Virus record (IMG/VR): IMGVR_UViG_3300010224_000001 | Span: 160,001-224,000 of that record | Length of the DNA stretch: 64,000 nt | Source of the DNA: a virus | Strand: one strand, 5' to 3' | Shown: piece by piece, positions 38,589 through 48,365 of the stretch | Position numbering within the stretch: position 1 is the first letter of the stretch | Layout: each line of letters begins with the position of its first letter | Notes under the pieces: generated by a model | Database searches by the model: none | What the model was told of the DNA's origin: nothing | The model's input: the letters and a program-made list of their open reading frames with translations, nothing else | Translations under genes and position numbers: made by a program

Positions 38589-39699
38589 TCATGCAGTTCT
38601 TGATATAGTCAATCACTTCCCAGCGACCGTTCTCGACTACCCATTGTTCAAAGCTATGCCAACGAGTATCTTTCAGCGGTAAGCTATTCTTGCAATAGGT
38701 CATGAATCGACCCAGCTTCTCGCCAGAGTAACCAGTCGTCTCACTTACCAGCTTACCATTCCAATGCTGCTTAGCTTGACGCTTGATGATTTCGACGGTT
38801 TCGATATTCTTGTATTCTGCTTCCAGACCAGGAAACGTAGAATAAGCCACCACCAAGAAACCATTTCGTTCCGTATTACGACGATACAGATCATAGTCAG
38901 TCGCATTCTTCGGATCATAAACATGCCAGGCAGATTTATCCAGTTCTGGTTTATCAGCCATCCATTCCAAGAAACCACGATAAGAAGAACGTTTTGCATC
39001 ACGAGCGCGAGACTTGTGGTTACGATTCTCCAGCTGGAACGGTAGACGGCTAAAGTACTGCGTCGAAGCTGCATATTCGTAAACTTCTTCCAGGGTATTG
39101 AAGCCTTGTTTGAAACGATTGTAATCGTAACCCAAGAAATCAAACACCTTAGCAGTATCACGACTTACGAGGATCTTACCAACAACCTCGTCTTCAACAC
39201 GCACTTCTTTCCAGAAACCATCCCAACCGTATTTGAAGCCCATGCGCTCAGCGATACGACCCATGAAATTACCGAGGTCATTGAAAGCATAATAAACACG
39301 AGCTGCGTGGAATTCATTGCGGTTTACAAGGATGAGATCAACCTGCAGACCTTGCACGTCAAACGAAACCGAGAAGCAATCTGGACTTACTTCAGGAACA
39401 CTGTCATCCCACTTGTAAGAAAACGGTGAGCCACCGAAACGATTCACCACCATGTTCTGCGGTGCGAATGCTTTGTGAATGATGCTGATCCAGTTGGCAG
39501 GCAGTTCATCGCGTTCGAGGATGATGTCGCCATCGCCAAAGCTTTCTTTATTAGCATAAGCTTTGACAGGAGCGAGCATGGACCAGGAAAACATATTGCT
39601 GAGTTTCCAGCAAGTGCGTTCCATGATGCGATGATATTCGTCTGCTGGCTTACGACCAGGCTTGACATCGTAAGTTTGATCTACGGCATTACCACCCAT
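38560..39699 (-). CDS. Pol-beta superfamily nucleotidyltransferase
   Basis: KESFGDGDII and QVDLI motifs, NDLGN..GR. Confidence 0.7.
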   Translation of the reverse strand: MGGNAVDQTYDVKPGRKPADEYHRIMERTCWKLSNMFSWSMLAPVKAYANKESFGDGDIILERDELPANWISIIHKAFAPQNMVVNRFGGSPFSYKWDDSVPEVSPDCFSVSFDVQGLQVDLILVNRNEFHAARVYYAFNDLGNFMGRIAERMGFKYGWDGFWKEVRVEDEVVGKILVSRDTAKVFDFLGYDYNRFKQGFNTLEEVYEYAASTQYFSRLPFQLENRNHKSRARDAKRSSYRGFLEWMADKPELDKSAWHVYDPKNATDYDLYRRNTERNGFLVVAYSTFPGLEAEYKNIETVEIIKRQAKQHWNGKLVSETTGYSGEKLGRFMTYCKNSLPLKDTRWHSFEQWVVENGRWEVIDYIKNCMNDFEEDTDV

Positions 39700-39701
39700 G
39701 T

Positions 39702-40103
39702 TTATTCCCTTTCTTTACTAGTTTGGAAACGCTCCGGATATTGTTTAGCATAGCTATTATAGATAGCCAAACATTCCGCTTCCGTCGGACGACGAGGCGC
39801 ATCCCTTTCGAACAGCAGCCACATTGCTTGGGTGCGGCCACGTCGTTTATACCACTGCACCCAGAGTGTCATTGCTTCACCAACACCTGGAATTTGACAG
39901 ACGTTAATTGTCGAATAACGTTCATCGTTTTCCAAGTTCACCAGATGTACGTCACTGATATCTTCAAGTTCGGCAATATCACGAATCTTACCAACGGTAG
40001 CGCAGTTCCAGTTATCGGCATTGAAAAGCGCATCTTCGAAAGCACACTTGGGGTCAGTGCCGTTCCAGGGTTTACCGCGCTCAATACAAGCTTTGCATGG
40101 CAT
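39702..40103 (-). CDS. Cys-rich hypothetical protein
   Basis: CKAC...CAF...NWNCAT...WYKRRGRT. Confidence 0.7.
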   Translation of the reverse strand: MPCKACIERGKPWNGTDPKCAFEDALFNADNWNCATVGKIRDIAELEDISDVHLVNLENDERYSTINVCQIPGVGEAMTLWVQWYKRRGRTQAMWLLFERDAPRRPTEAECLAIYNSYAKQYPERFQTSKERE

Positions 40104-41347
40104 TATACTTCTCCTTTAAGTTCTCTAAGTAGTTTCTTAACAGCCGAAACACGAACAGCATGGATCGCGTCCTTAAGTTCTCGAACATTCGTCCTGGCTT
40201 TCTGCTGATACTTAACCGCCACGACACCTACTGCCACGCCGCGTGCGGCTGACATAGCTGTCCGGCAGTATTCGGCTTGTGGATAAGGACGATCTTTGAA
40301 CGACACCGTTCTACTAGCTCGACCTCGAGCATCGCACATTGCGGCATCAATGACTTTCAAGAAGCGTTCAGGACGGCGATAGATATCGCAACGTTCAAAC
40401 ATCTTCACCAAAGTAGCAACGCGAATGTCCATAGCCCTGTGAATGTTAAGATGCTCGCGAGAAGTCATTACGGCAATCTCCTCGCAATCCTTAGGAATAC
40501 GCATCCGTTCGCAAATAGCCTTAATCAACGGAACACCAGCTTCTTCATGACCGTGGTGACTTGGCCACTGATCTTCAGGTGTTACTCCTTTGCCAACATC
40601 ATGCATCAACACTGCAAAACGAGTTTCGAGATCATAACCCATTTCAGCAGCATAATTGAGAGAGAGTTCAATGTGTGCTCCTGTCCAAATCTCAGGATGA
40701 TGTTGTTCAGCTTGGGGCACATGCCAGAGTCGATCTAACTCTGGAAAGAAACCAGCCATCAAACCAAAAGCCGTCATCATGGTAAACATCCGTCCTGGTT
40801 TAACTTCCATCAAACCACGAGAAAATTCTTTCCAGATACGCTCCGGGTTAGCACCAACCAATCGATTCTCTAAGAACAACCTTCTCGATAACCAGAATGT
40901 GTCAGTGTCGATTTTAAAGTCAAGATATCGTGCATAGAACCTGCACAACCGAAACGTACGAATCGGGTCTTCTCTGAAGCTTTCTTCAGACACCATTCGC
41001 AGTACTTTGTTCTGAATGTCAGCGCGGCCGTTATGCGGGTCGATGTATTCACGGGTTTCCGGATCATACGCAATCGCATTAATCGTCAGATCACGCTTAG
41101 CCAGATCCTCTTCCAGTGTTACACTGGGATCGAAGGTGGCCACGCCGCCCTGACGTTCACGACGTGCTAGCGAATACTCTTCTTTTGTGAATGGATGCAG
41201 AAAGGTCGGGAAGTCTTTACCGACTTGAATGTAGCCGAGACTAATCATTACCTCAGCAGTAGTGCCTACTACGACCCAGTCTTTATCCTTGGGTGTAATT
41301 CCCATCAGCTGATCTCTTACAGCTCCACCTACTAAATAGACTTTCAT
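40103..41347 (-). CDS. cca: Multifunctional CCA-adding tRNA nucleotidyltransferase with HD domain
   Basis: VGGAVRD..DKDW, KRDLTINA, EDPIR, ERIWKE, HHPE, MHDVGKG. Confidence 0.92.
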   Translation of the reverse strand: MKVYLVGGAVRDQLMGITPKDKDWVVVGTTAEVMISLGYIQVGKDFPTFLHPFTKEEYSLARRERQGGVATFDPSVTLEEDLAKRDLTINAIAYDPETREYIDPHNGRADIQNKVLRMVSEESFREDPIRTFRLCRFYARYLDFKIDTDTFWLSRRLFLENRLVGANPERIWKEFSRGLMEVKPGRMFTMMTAFGLMAGFFPELDRLWHVPQAEQHHPEIWTGAHIELSLNYAAEMGYDLETRFAVLMHDVGKGVTPEDQWPSHHGHEEAGVPLIKAICERMRIPKDCEEIAVMTSREHLNIHRAMDIRVATLVKMFERCDIYRRPERFLKVIDAAMCDARGRASRTVSFKDRPYPQAEYCRTAMSAARGVAVGVVAVKYQQKARTNVRELKDAIHAVRVSAVKKLLRELKGEV

Positions 41348-41589
41348 TTACTCTTCCTTCTCTTTTGTCTCGCCATAAATGGCGTAAAGCCTAATACAAC
41401 AAAACTGAATGTCAGAATTACGGTTGATATCCAGTCTAGAACATCTTTCCAGTTATTGACATGCAAAGTGTGATATCGCAAATACTCTTGCCAGACCACG
41501 CCATTTAGCGTGATCAGCAGAGCAAGCCAGATAAACGCCACAAGAGTTACAACAACGGAACATACCGCATTTACTATTTTGTTTAACAT
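41344..41589 (-). CDS. Small membrane protein
   Basis: Two TM helices, basic tail. Confidence 0.6.
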   Translation of the reverse strand: MLNKIVNAVCSVVVTLVAFIWLALLITLNGVVWQEYLRYHTLHVNNWKDVLDWISTVILTFSFVVLGFTPFMARQKRRKSK

Positions 41590-41606
41590 GACTTGCTCTT
41601 AAAAGG

Positions 41607-42434
41607 TTAAGCTTGTTTTGCAACCTTGATGTTGTGCTCCATGATCTTTTCAATCATAGCCGAACTTACTTTGACACGACGTTCATTGTCTTGCGACATC
41701 GACGGCATCGGAATAGGACGCATGTCTTCGAAGTAGAAATCAAAAGCAGTTTCGAGAACATCTTCAGCCATTTCCATCGCATCCTTGTCGTTCTCACCTT
41801 GAGTGATAGCTTCAGGGATATCGCGGAACGTCACAACGTAGCCTGTTGTGGCTGGAGCGAATTTAGCCGGATAGGTAAACTCAGCTTTCTTTTCTTCAGC
41901 GTTGACTTCTTGTTCCGGTTCTTCGAACTCGATAGTCGAGCGCGACGATTTACCAATCGCTACCACACCTTCACCACGTGGGAAGTCTTTGGCTTTACGA
42001 TCATAGATGTAATCCGCCAGATTCTCGAATTCACCACGCAGAACTTGATCAGGATGCAGATAGATGATTTCGATACCTTCATCCTTAGCGTAGTTGATTT
42101 CTTGTTCCACACCTTCCGACGAATCCCAACCATCAATCGTCAGAACAACCACGAAGTCAGCTTTCTTCAGCAAGGTAATCGAATAGCTACCCCAGAAGTT
42201 CCAATCGCCCGGCAACTTGTCAGTATAGCAACGCACCAAATGCATCAGCAGCGGCGAATACGGTTTGATGCCGACCTTGACCATTTGTTCCAGACACAGG
42301 CTGAAAGTTTGCATACGCTGCGAGATGACAGGTACGTCTTCCTTACCTTGTGTGTTCTTAGCGGAATAAGGACCGCACACATACACCGCGTTTTGGCTGT
42401 TTTCACCGATGAGTCGTTTGATGAGTTCGTTCAT
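41607..42434 (-). CDS. NDT-like (DUF1937-type) domain fused to HicB domain
   Basis: VYVCGPYS...YSPL..H...GWDSSEGVEQEI; C-terminal YPAKFAP..TGYVVTFRDIPEAITQG...AMEMAEDVL. Confidence 0.75.
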   Translation of the reverse strand: MNELIKRLIGENSQNAVYVCGPYSAKNTQGKEDVPVISQRMQTFSLCLEQMVKVGIKPYSPLLMHLVRCYTDKLPGDWNFWGSYSITLLKKADFVVVLTIDGWDSSEGVEQEINYAKDEGIEIIYLHPDQVLRGEFENLADYIYDRKAKDFPRGEGVVAIGKSSRSTIEFEEPEQEVNAEEKKAEFTYPAKFAPATTGYVVTFRDIPEAITQGENDKDAMEMAEDVLETAFDFYFEDMRPIPMPSMSQDNERRVKVSSAMIEKIMEHNIKVAKQA

Positions 42435-42490
42435 TGGAAATTCCTTTTAATTAGTTGTTGTGAAGCATAGGGTAAAGCAGCTAGGTATTT

Positions 42491-42703
42491 TTAGTTGTTG
42501 GTATCGATACGGTCGCGCACCATGTCTTTGGCAGTCTCGTCAGTGGCGTTATACAGCTTATCGCAGAACTCGCGATCTTGCGTGCATTTATCCAGTTGCA
42601 TGAAGTCATAAAACGATTGACCCCAACGCAGACCTGAATTAGGATCAAAACGAAACTGATTTACACGAGAAGCTGGGAAGGTCAAAACAGAAACAGTCAC
42701 CAT
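42491..42703 (-). CDS. Small conserved phage protein
   Basis: LRWGQSFY motif. Confidence 0.6.
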   Translation of the reverse strand: MVTVSVLTFPASRVNQFRFDPNSGLRWGQSFYDFMQLDKCTQDREFCDKLYNATDETAKDMVRDRIDTNN

Positions 42704-42705
42704 GG

Positions 42706-43014
42706 TTAATCCTTTTGAGTCGATTTAGTTCTTTTTGGTTTACGAAGATTCTCTTTAGCTTCCGGAATCTGTGCTTCGATTTCTGCTAATGTTTCAGCTG
42801 GTAGTTTCTCTTTAAGAAATTCAATACCGACTTGGAGAAGCTGCAAGAGAACACGAGTGCGGTCCGTTGCAATCACGGTGGCAGTGGCGTCAATGAATGC
42901 AAAGTCATCCATTGGTCCACGAATGCTAATGTGCGCTTTCTCTTTATCACCTGCTTTTGACAGGCGGCTATTTGCGACGACTTCAGCGACGAGAGCGTCA
43001 AGTTGGGTTGTCAT
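42706..43014 (-). CDS. Possible ribbon-helix-helix-like regulator
   Basis: HISIRGP...FIDA...RTRVLLQLL. Confidence 0.45.
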   Translation of the reverse strand: MTTQLDALVAEVVANSRLSKAGDKEKAHISIRGPMDDFAFIDATATVIATDRTRVLLQLLQVGIEFLKEKLPAETLAEIEAQIPEAKENLRKPKRTKSTQKD

Positions 43015-43113
43015 TGTTATTCCCTTTTAATTAATTATTAAATAAAACTACCTTCCTATTCTGTGAGTGTTTAGTGACACAACACTTTTTCTAACCAAAC
43101 CGATAGGAAAATT

Positions 43114-44022
43114 ATGGAAAACGATACTCAAGAAACTACTACTGTCATCACTGCAACGCAGCAACAACCTTCTTATGACGATACTCCAGTTGAAACTGAT
43201 CCGCCTGCAGTAGTGGAATCAGCGGTTGAAGTAGCGTCTGCGGTGGTGGAACAAGCACCTGCGGAACAACCTTCGACCCCGGTTGTGCAAGTGTCCGCAG
43301 AACAAGCTCCGGCTGCAGAAGCTCCGGTCGAACAACCGCCAGTGGCACAAGCTGTGGAACAACCTCCGGTAGAAGAAGCACCAGCAGTACAAACTCCGGT
43401 TACGGACACCACGGTAGGGCAATCTCAACCAGAAACCACTCAGCAACCGGCTGTTGAAGTTCCTGTACAAGATGCTCCTGTTCCTGCACCCGTACCGGTA
43501 GAGGAAACCGCTCCCGTTGTTCAAGCTCCTGCTCCTGTGCAAGCTCCAGTGGAAGCACCTGAAGCTACTCCAGTTGTGGCAACGACCTCGAGTGAGTTAT
43601 CCGCACAATCGCAGCATGCCATTAACGGGTTGCACGAATATGTGGAAAAGATGAAGCATATCTACCCGAGCTATCTGACGCTGGGCGGCCAATACCAGCA
43701 GGCTCTCTACAGCCACCTGGTGAAGATCCTCCACACCGGTGAAGAAGAGTTTGAAACTGTTCTGTCGCACGCTTTACAGATCATCAAAGACAATCTGGGT
43801 GGCGTGTTCCATGAACGCTTCATGGCTCGTTACGCTAACCAAACTAAACTGGCTGCGGATGAAGCTAGTCATCTGCATCATCTGTTAACTGGTCTGGTCG
43901 CTTTGGCTGACCCGGTAACTCGTGAAGCTCAGAAAGTTGTGGTTAATGTCGAGAAGATGCTGCCGTTGCACAAAATCGCAGAAGAAGCACGTGATCGCGT
44001 GAAGTCGTTCTTTAACTTCTAA
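43114..44022 (+). CDS. Pro/Ala/Val/Gln-rich protein with globular C-terminal domain
   Basis: Only plus-strand gene in the accessory region; EQAP/EQPP repeats. Confidence 0.75.
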   Translation: MENDTQETTTVITATQQQPSYDDTPVETDPPAVVESAVEVASAVVEQAPAEQPSTPVVQVSAEQAPAAEAPVEQPPVAQAVEQPPVEEAPAVQTPVTDTTVGQSQPETTQQPAVEVPVQDAPVPAPVPVEETAPVVQAPAPVQAPVEAPEATPVVATTSSELSAQSQHAINGLHEYVEKMKHIYPSYLTLGGQYQQALYSHLVKILHTGEEEFETVLSHALQIIKDNLGGVFHERFMARYANQTKLAADEASHLHHLLTGLVALADPVTREAQKVVVNVEKMLPLHKIAEEARDRVKSFFNF

Positions 44023-44024
44023 TC

Positions 44025-44069
44025 ACTTCCACCCTACCGACCCATTGAGGTTGGTGGGGTGGTTTATGA
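44025..44069. terminator. Bidirectional terminator
   Basis: ccaccctaccgacc-cattga-ggttggtggggtgg-tttatg. Confidence 0.75.
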
Positions 44070-44570
44070 CGCTTTATGTTTAAGCTGCCGTTCCTGAAGC
44101 CATGCTTCTTGACCGATTTCATATACCCGATCTAAATCACTTTGAAGACTACCATCGTTAATGCTGTCGATGTATTGACCTAGACCTTTATGTACGATAG
44201 AGGGGTAATTATCAAATGCAATATAAAAACCAGTCTTTGCTGTGAGAGCATCTTTCTCTACGATGTGTTTGTGAGGATGTTCAAATGAATCATAACACTC
44301 GTAGAGACGCTCACAGATACGACCATAACCATGATCCTCGAAAGGACTTTCATCGTAATGGTAATACAGAAGCGACGCTAGGAGATAATGATGTAACAAC
44401 TGACCTGGTTTCATTCGATCAACCAGACGAGTGTCTAATGTACGAAGGATAGTGTAGTGTCTATTTTTACGAGACTTACCGATTGTGAAGGTAACACTCG
44501 TAAAAGTTTCGTTCTTACTTACCACTTTGCGCCGTACAGAACTCTTTGAAGTAGTAGTTTCTTGCGACAT
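44064..44570 (-). CDS. Protein with stand-alone NAD-dependent DNA ligase domain Ia-like module
   Basis: YLLASLLYYHYDESPFEDHGY..ICERL...HPH. Confidence 0.6.
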   Translation of the reverse strand: MSQETTTSKSSVRRKVVSKNETFTSVTFTIGKSRKNRHYTILRTLDTRLVDRMKPGQLLHHYLLASLLYYHYDESPFEDHGYGRICERLYECYDSFEHPHKHIVEKDALTAKTGFYIAFDNYPSIVHKGLGQYIDSINDGSLQSDLDRVYEIGQEAWLQERQLKHKAS

Positions 44571-44571
44571 G

Positions 44572-45015
44572 TTAATGATTCGTTTTACAGAAGGTTTTCT
44601 CGACAATCGCTACTAATTTATCCAAATCTTCGCGATTCCACTGAATGGCTTCACCTTCTTGAACCTGTTTTCCACAGAAGCCGCTTACAGTAAGGCCAGG
44701 GACTCTTGAGAACGACAAGGCGTCAATCTTACCTTGCCAGAATGAATCGATCGTACTGCGGACAAAATCAAGCGATGCTCGCTCTGCGCGTGGTAGTTTT
44801 TCAACCAATTGGATGCTAGCCAATTCACCACTCTCCAGGTATGTAAACAGGATGCCTACGCCACCATTCCCAGGCTTACGCTGTTCCTTACCGTCAAAGG
44901 TGTCCGTAATGTTTTCGATAACCACGAGATTATCAGGGTATTTAGATTCAATCCTGGTAATCAGAATAGGTCCGCCGACGTCTTCGAAGGGATGAAATTT
45001 GTTTTCTTGGTTCAT
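44572..45015 (-). CDS. Hypothetical protein
   Basis: AAGGAG RBS. Confidence 0.65.
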   Translation of the reverse strand: MNQENKFHPFEDVGGPILITRIESKYPDNLVVIENITDTFDGKEQRKPGNGGVGILFTYLESGELASIQLVEKLPRAERASLDFVRSTIDSFWQGKIDALSFSRVPGLTVSGFCGKQVQEGEAIQWNREDLDKLVAIVEKTFCKTNH

Positions 45016-45108
45016 GATAAATCTCCTTTCAAGAGAATATGAGAGTAAGGTATTTTCGTTCTTACGTCATAAAGCCAGGGTGTTACCCCTGGCCCTTATG
45101 CCGTCTTA

Positions 45109-46983
45109 TTACGCGTGATACGGAATGTAATCAAAACCGTTGTTCATCACACCGATCAGATTAGCTACGTTTTCTGCACTGTCTGCAAATGACAGAACCA
45201 GGTCAGAAACATTGCTCTGACCATTGTTCATTGCATTGAGCCAGAAGTCATGGCCAGCTTGATCAGGAGCACGATGGAGTACGTTCTGATATACCGAGTC
45301 AACCAAGACTTCATTGGAAGGATTCGCACCATACAGCTTGATAGCTTCCGCAGAGGTCATGAATTGTTTAGCGATGTCGTTAATCGACACACCAGTGTCT
45401 TTAGCGTTGATCCAGAAACCCAAACCGCTCTGATCTGGAGTACGACCAAATGCTGCCTGATACAAACGATAGACCTGGCCAGCATCACCGCTAATATCCA
45501 GAGCAACATTCTTGTCAGTGAACACCAGGCGTTCCAGATTGGTTACTGTATCTACACCATCCGCACCCGAGTTATCAGCCACGGTAAATACCGCACCGTT
45601 ATGATTGATCACGTAGTTAGCACGAACACCATGCAGTTGCAGAATATCCAAACCAGCACCGCCATCAAACGATTCAGTCGCAGAGGTCGAGACAAACTTA
45701 TCCGCACCAGAAGTACTACCGGACAGCAGAGCAGCTTTAGCTGGTGAATCCGTTACCATACTACCGCTAATGATTTTGTTGATAATCTCCGTAGAAGTCG
45801 CATTCGGATTTTGTTGATACAGCAGCGCTGCGAGTCCCGCCACATATGGACCAGCAAACGACGTACCGCCATCCGAATGGTAAGTATAGCTGCCGGTGGT
45901 ATTCGGCTCATAACCGCTCGAAGAACTTACCACCCATGGGAAAGGATTAGCACCAGGGCTATTCGAGGATTGGAACAGAGTACCGCCCAGAGCATCATAA
46001 TTACCCACTGCAATTGCTTCACCAGATTTAGCAATCAACGCCAGACCAGTTGCGCCATAGGTGCTAAAGTTACCACCGATGATTACCGTAGTGACATTGT
46101 GGGTATAAGCATAATGCACCGCGTCTGCAACCTGTTGGTCAATCACAGCTGTGTTGTTCTGCAACGGCATGCAGATAACTTTCGCTCCGTTGTCAACCGC
46201 CCAATGAATACCTTGAGCAATCTTGTCACTCGAGGAACCCTGGGAAGAACCAACGCGCACATTCAGCAACTGCGCATCAGGAGCCACACCCATGGTATCT
46301 TGACCTGCATGAACGAGATGGCTACCTGCAATGATCGATGCTACACCCAGAGCATGGTCGCTATAGGCGCCGTTATCAGGAGAAGGATCGCTGTCGTTTT
46401 GATAGAAGTCATAACCGCCTACAATGTTACTGTTGACTTCAGCATTACTTGCGATACCGACATCAATCACAGCCACCTTCACACCTTTGCCAGTAATACC
46501 AGCATCCCAGGCAGAAGAAGCGCTGATGAGGTTAAGAGCCAAGTTGTTATTCTGCCCAGCCATCGACAGTTCATAACTATGGTCGGTAACACCGAGAGAT
46601 TTAGCTACGTTAATGAGACCATAACCTTCAGCAGAAGACCATAGACCCTGAGAAGTCGATACTACTTTCTCAGAGAAGTCAACGAAGCCGATATCGGTAG
46701 CGCTCTTAACATCGATTTGACCAGGAGTCGTCGGATAGAACTTGTAACCGATCGAACCATCGTCCGATTTGATTTCCCAAGCGTGGGAGGAATAGGTAGT
46801 TTGCGTCTGACTTTGACCAGGATTCAGAGTAGCGTACTTCTGTTCAACACCACTACGATCGATCCAGTACAGATTAAGAACTGTATTGGTATCGTTGGTC
46901 AGAATGAATTGGGTAGGACTGCCGGTGTCAGTCGAAATGATAGTAGACGACAGTGATTGGAAGTTGATGACGTTCGAGAGCAT
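45109..46983 (-). CDS. VHL-beta-like + subtilisin S8 peptidase + RTX-like + DUF4214 protein
   Basis: LNLYWIDRSG..KYATL.PG....TY..HAW; triad VIDVG / DHALGVAS / GTSFAGP; GGAGLD; YRLYQAAFGRTPDQSGLGFW. Confidence 0.85.
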   Translation of the reverse strand: MLSNVINFQSLSSTIISTDTGSPTQFILTNDTNTVLNLYWIDRSGVEQKYATLNPGQSQTQTTYSSHAWEIKSDDGSIGYKFYPTTPGQIDVKSATDIGFVDFSEKVVSTSQGLWSSAEGYGLINVAKSLGVTDHSYELSMAGQNNNLALNLISASSAWDAGITGKGVKVAVIDVGIASNAEVNSNIVGGYDFYQNDSDPSPDNGAYSDHALGVASIIAGSHLVHAGQDTMGVAPDAQLLNVRVGSSQGSSSDKIAQGIHWAVDNGAKVICMPLQNNTAVIDQQVADAVHYAYTHNVTTVIIGGNFSTYGATGLALIAKSGEAIAVGNYDALGGTLFQSSNSPGANPFPWVVSSSSGYEPNTTGSYTYHSDGGTSFAGPYVAGLAALLYQQNPNATSTEIINKIISGSMVTDSPAKAALLSGSTSGADKFVSTSATESFDGGAGLDILQLHGVRANYVINHNGAVFTVADNSGADGVDTVTNLERLVFTDKNVALDISGDAGQVYRLYQAAFGRTPDQSGLGFWINAKDTGVSINDIAKQFMTSAEAIKLYGANPSNEVLVDSVYQNVLHRAPDQAGHDFWLNAMNNGQSNVSDLVLSFADSAENVANLIGVMNNGFDYIPYHA

Positions 46984-47161
46984 GATAGTTTCCTTTTTAG
47001 TGGTTATTCAGAATAATTGATCAAAACGTTGAAATACTTCTAATTCTTACTCACACAAGGAATATCTATCTATATTGCTCTAGAACAACATCGTTTTAAA
47101 CAAAAAATAAAGAGACGTCATAACAGCCAGAGCACGAGGCTCTGGCCATTACTTGTTTCGA

Positions 47162-47797
47162 TCAGAAAGTAAACAAAGTGACTAAGCTAATCACGAGTCC
47201 TACACATAACACCCAAACCGAGAACCAAATATACATTTCTCGTTGACTGGTATCCATCGTGAACTTCTTCATCACCGAACGACGGAACATACCGAAGAAC
47301 ACCGGCACTTCTTCATACTCTACTTCTTCATAGGCTTTCCGGGTAAACAGATAAAGCGCCAGAGTAAGCGTAATGGTTAAGAACAAGAGACCAAACCCGA
47401 TGTGAACCAGCGGACCGCCTACCACTTTATACACAACCACCAGCATGGTGATTCGACCAAGCGGCGTTTGAACAAAGTCATTAGCGGCAATACCCAGTTC
47501 TTTAGCTGCACCAGCGGCAGCCTTACCCATGTTACTACCCAGCTCGACCCACTTGGTTGCTTCGGTGCGAACTGATTCCGAAATGTTGGACGGATTGTTT
47601 GCTTCTTTTTGCAGATCAGCCACTTGACCCAGTAATTTGGTCTTCTGCTCAGGACTGAGTTTGCTGACATCAATCGAGTTGATGGTTTGTGGATTGGTCT
47701 GAGCATGCGCTGGCTGGACGATTGCCATGGCAATCAGTGCTGCAACGATCGGAAGAACCAGGGAAAGGATAAAGTCTCTTACAAGTTTGCTTTTCAT
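47162..47797 (-). CDS. Membrane protein with N-terminal signal/TM segment
   Basis: Signal-like N-terminus (AHA), AAKELGIAANDF, C-terminal TM helices. Confidence 0.7.
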   Translation of the reverse strand: MKSKLVRDFILSLVLPIVAALIAMAIVQPAHAQTNPQTINSIDVSKLSPEQKTKLLGQVADLQKEANNPSNISESVRTEATKWVELGSNMGKAAAGAAKELGIAANDFVQTPLGRITMLVVVYKVVGGPLVHIGFGLLFLTITLTLALYLFTRKAYEEVEYEEVPVFFGMFRRSVMKKFTMDTSQREMYIWFSVWVLCVGLVISLVTLFTF

Positions 47798-47818
47798 GTT
47801 GTTTAAAGTTGGGGTTAA

Positions 47819-48205
47819 TTAATAAGCGACGAATTCAGGAGGAATATTGCCGTTGCGGTCATACACAAACCAAGTATCACCTACACCGCGACGCATCATC
47901 ATTTCTCGAGCTTGATCTGCATTCATCGCATATTGCGTCGGACGATTACTGATTTCGATACGATACTGCCAGCCTTCTGGAGGCACACCTTTCTGCGCGT
48001 GCTCACGTGCAATGCGACGAGCGTCTGCTTTGACGTGTTCTTCGTACCAGTCCAGGTATTCCTGCTGAGTAACACCAGCTTCTTCCCAGTTGACGGCCCG
48101 AACAACAATGGCTAGACCAAGATACTTGGTCAGATTGCACAGTACTGCAGCCATCTTAGAATTGGTGATACGGTCTTGTGCTGCTTCCGCGTCATAACAA
48201 GGCAT
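47819..48205 (-). CDS. Hypothetical protein
   Basis: MPCYD start typical of phage small proteins. Confidence 0.65.
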   Translation of the reverse strand: MPCYDAEAAQDRITNSKMAAVLCNLTKYLGLAIVVRAVNWEEAGVTQQEYLDWYEEHVKADARRIAREHAQKGVPPEGWQYRIEISNRPTQYAMNADQAREMMMRRGVGDTWFVYDRNGNIPPEFVAY

Positions 48206-48206
48206 A

Positions 48207-48365
48207 TCAGTTCTCCATCATTACTTGTTCATCGGCATCGATAGTCACCATGATACCGATATTAGGGCTAAAAGCGGCTGCATTTCCAGCTACGCGTTCT
48301 AGCACTTTGTCGCCGAAATCAACATGCATGAATTTCTGGCCGAGATTCAGTTCTTCAAACGTCAT
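48207..48365 (-). CDS. Small hypothetical protein (52 aa, not in ORF track)
   Basis: MTFEELNLGQKF..., AAGGAG RBS, fills the gap between neighbours. Confidence 0.55.
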   Translation of the reverse strand: MTFEELNLGQKFMHVDFGDKVLERVAGNAAAFSPNIGIMVTIDADEQVMMEN

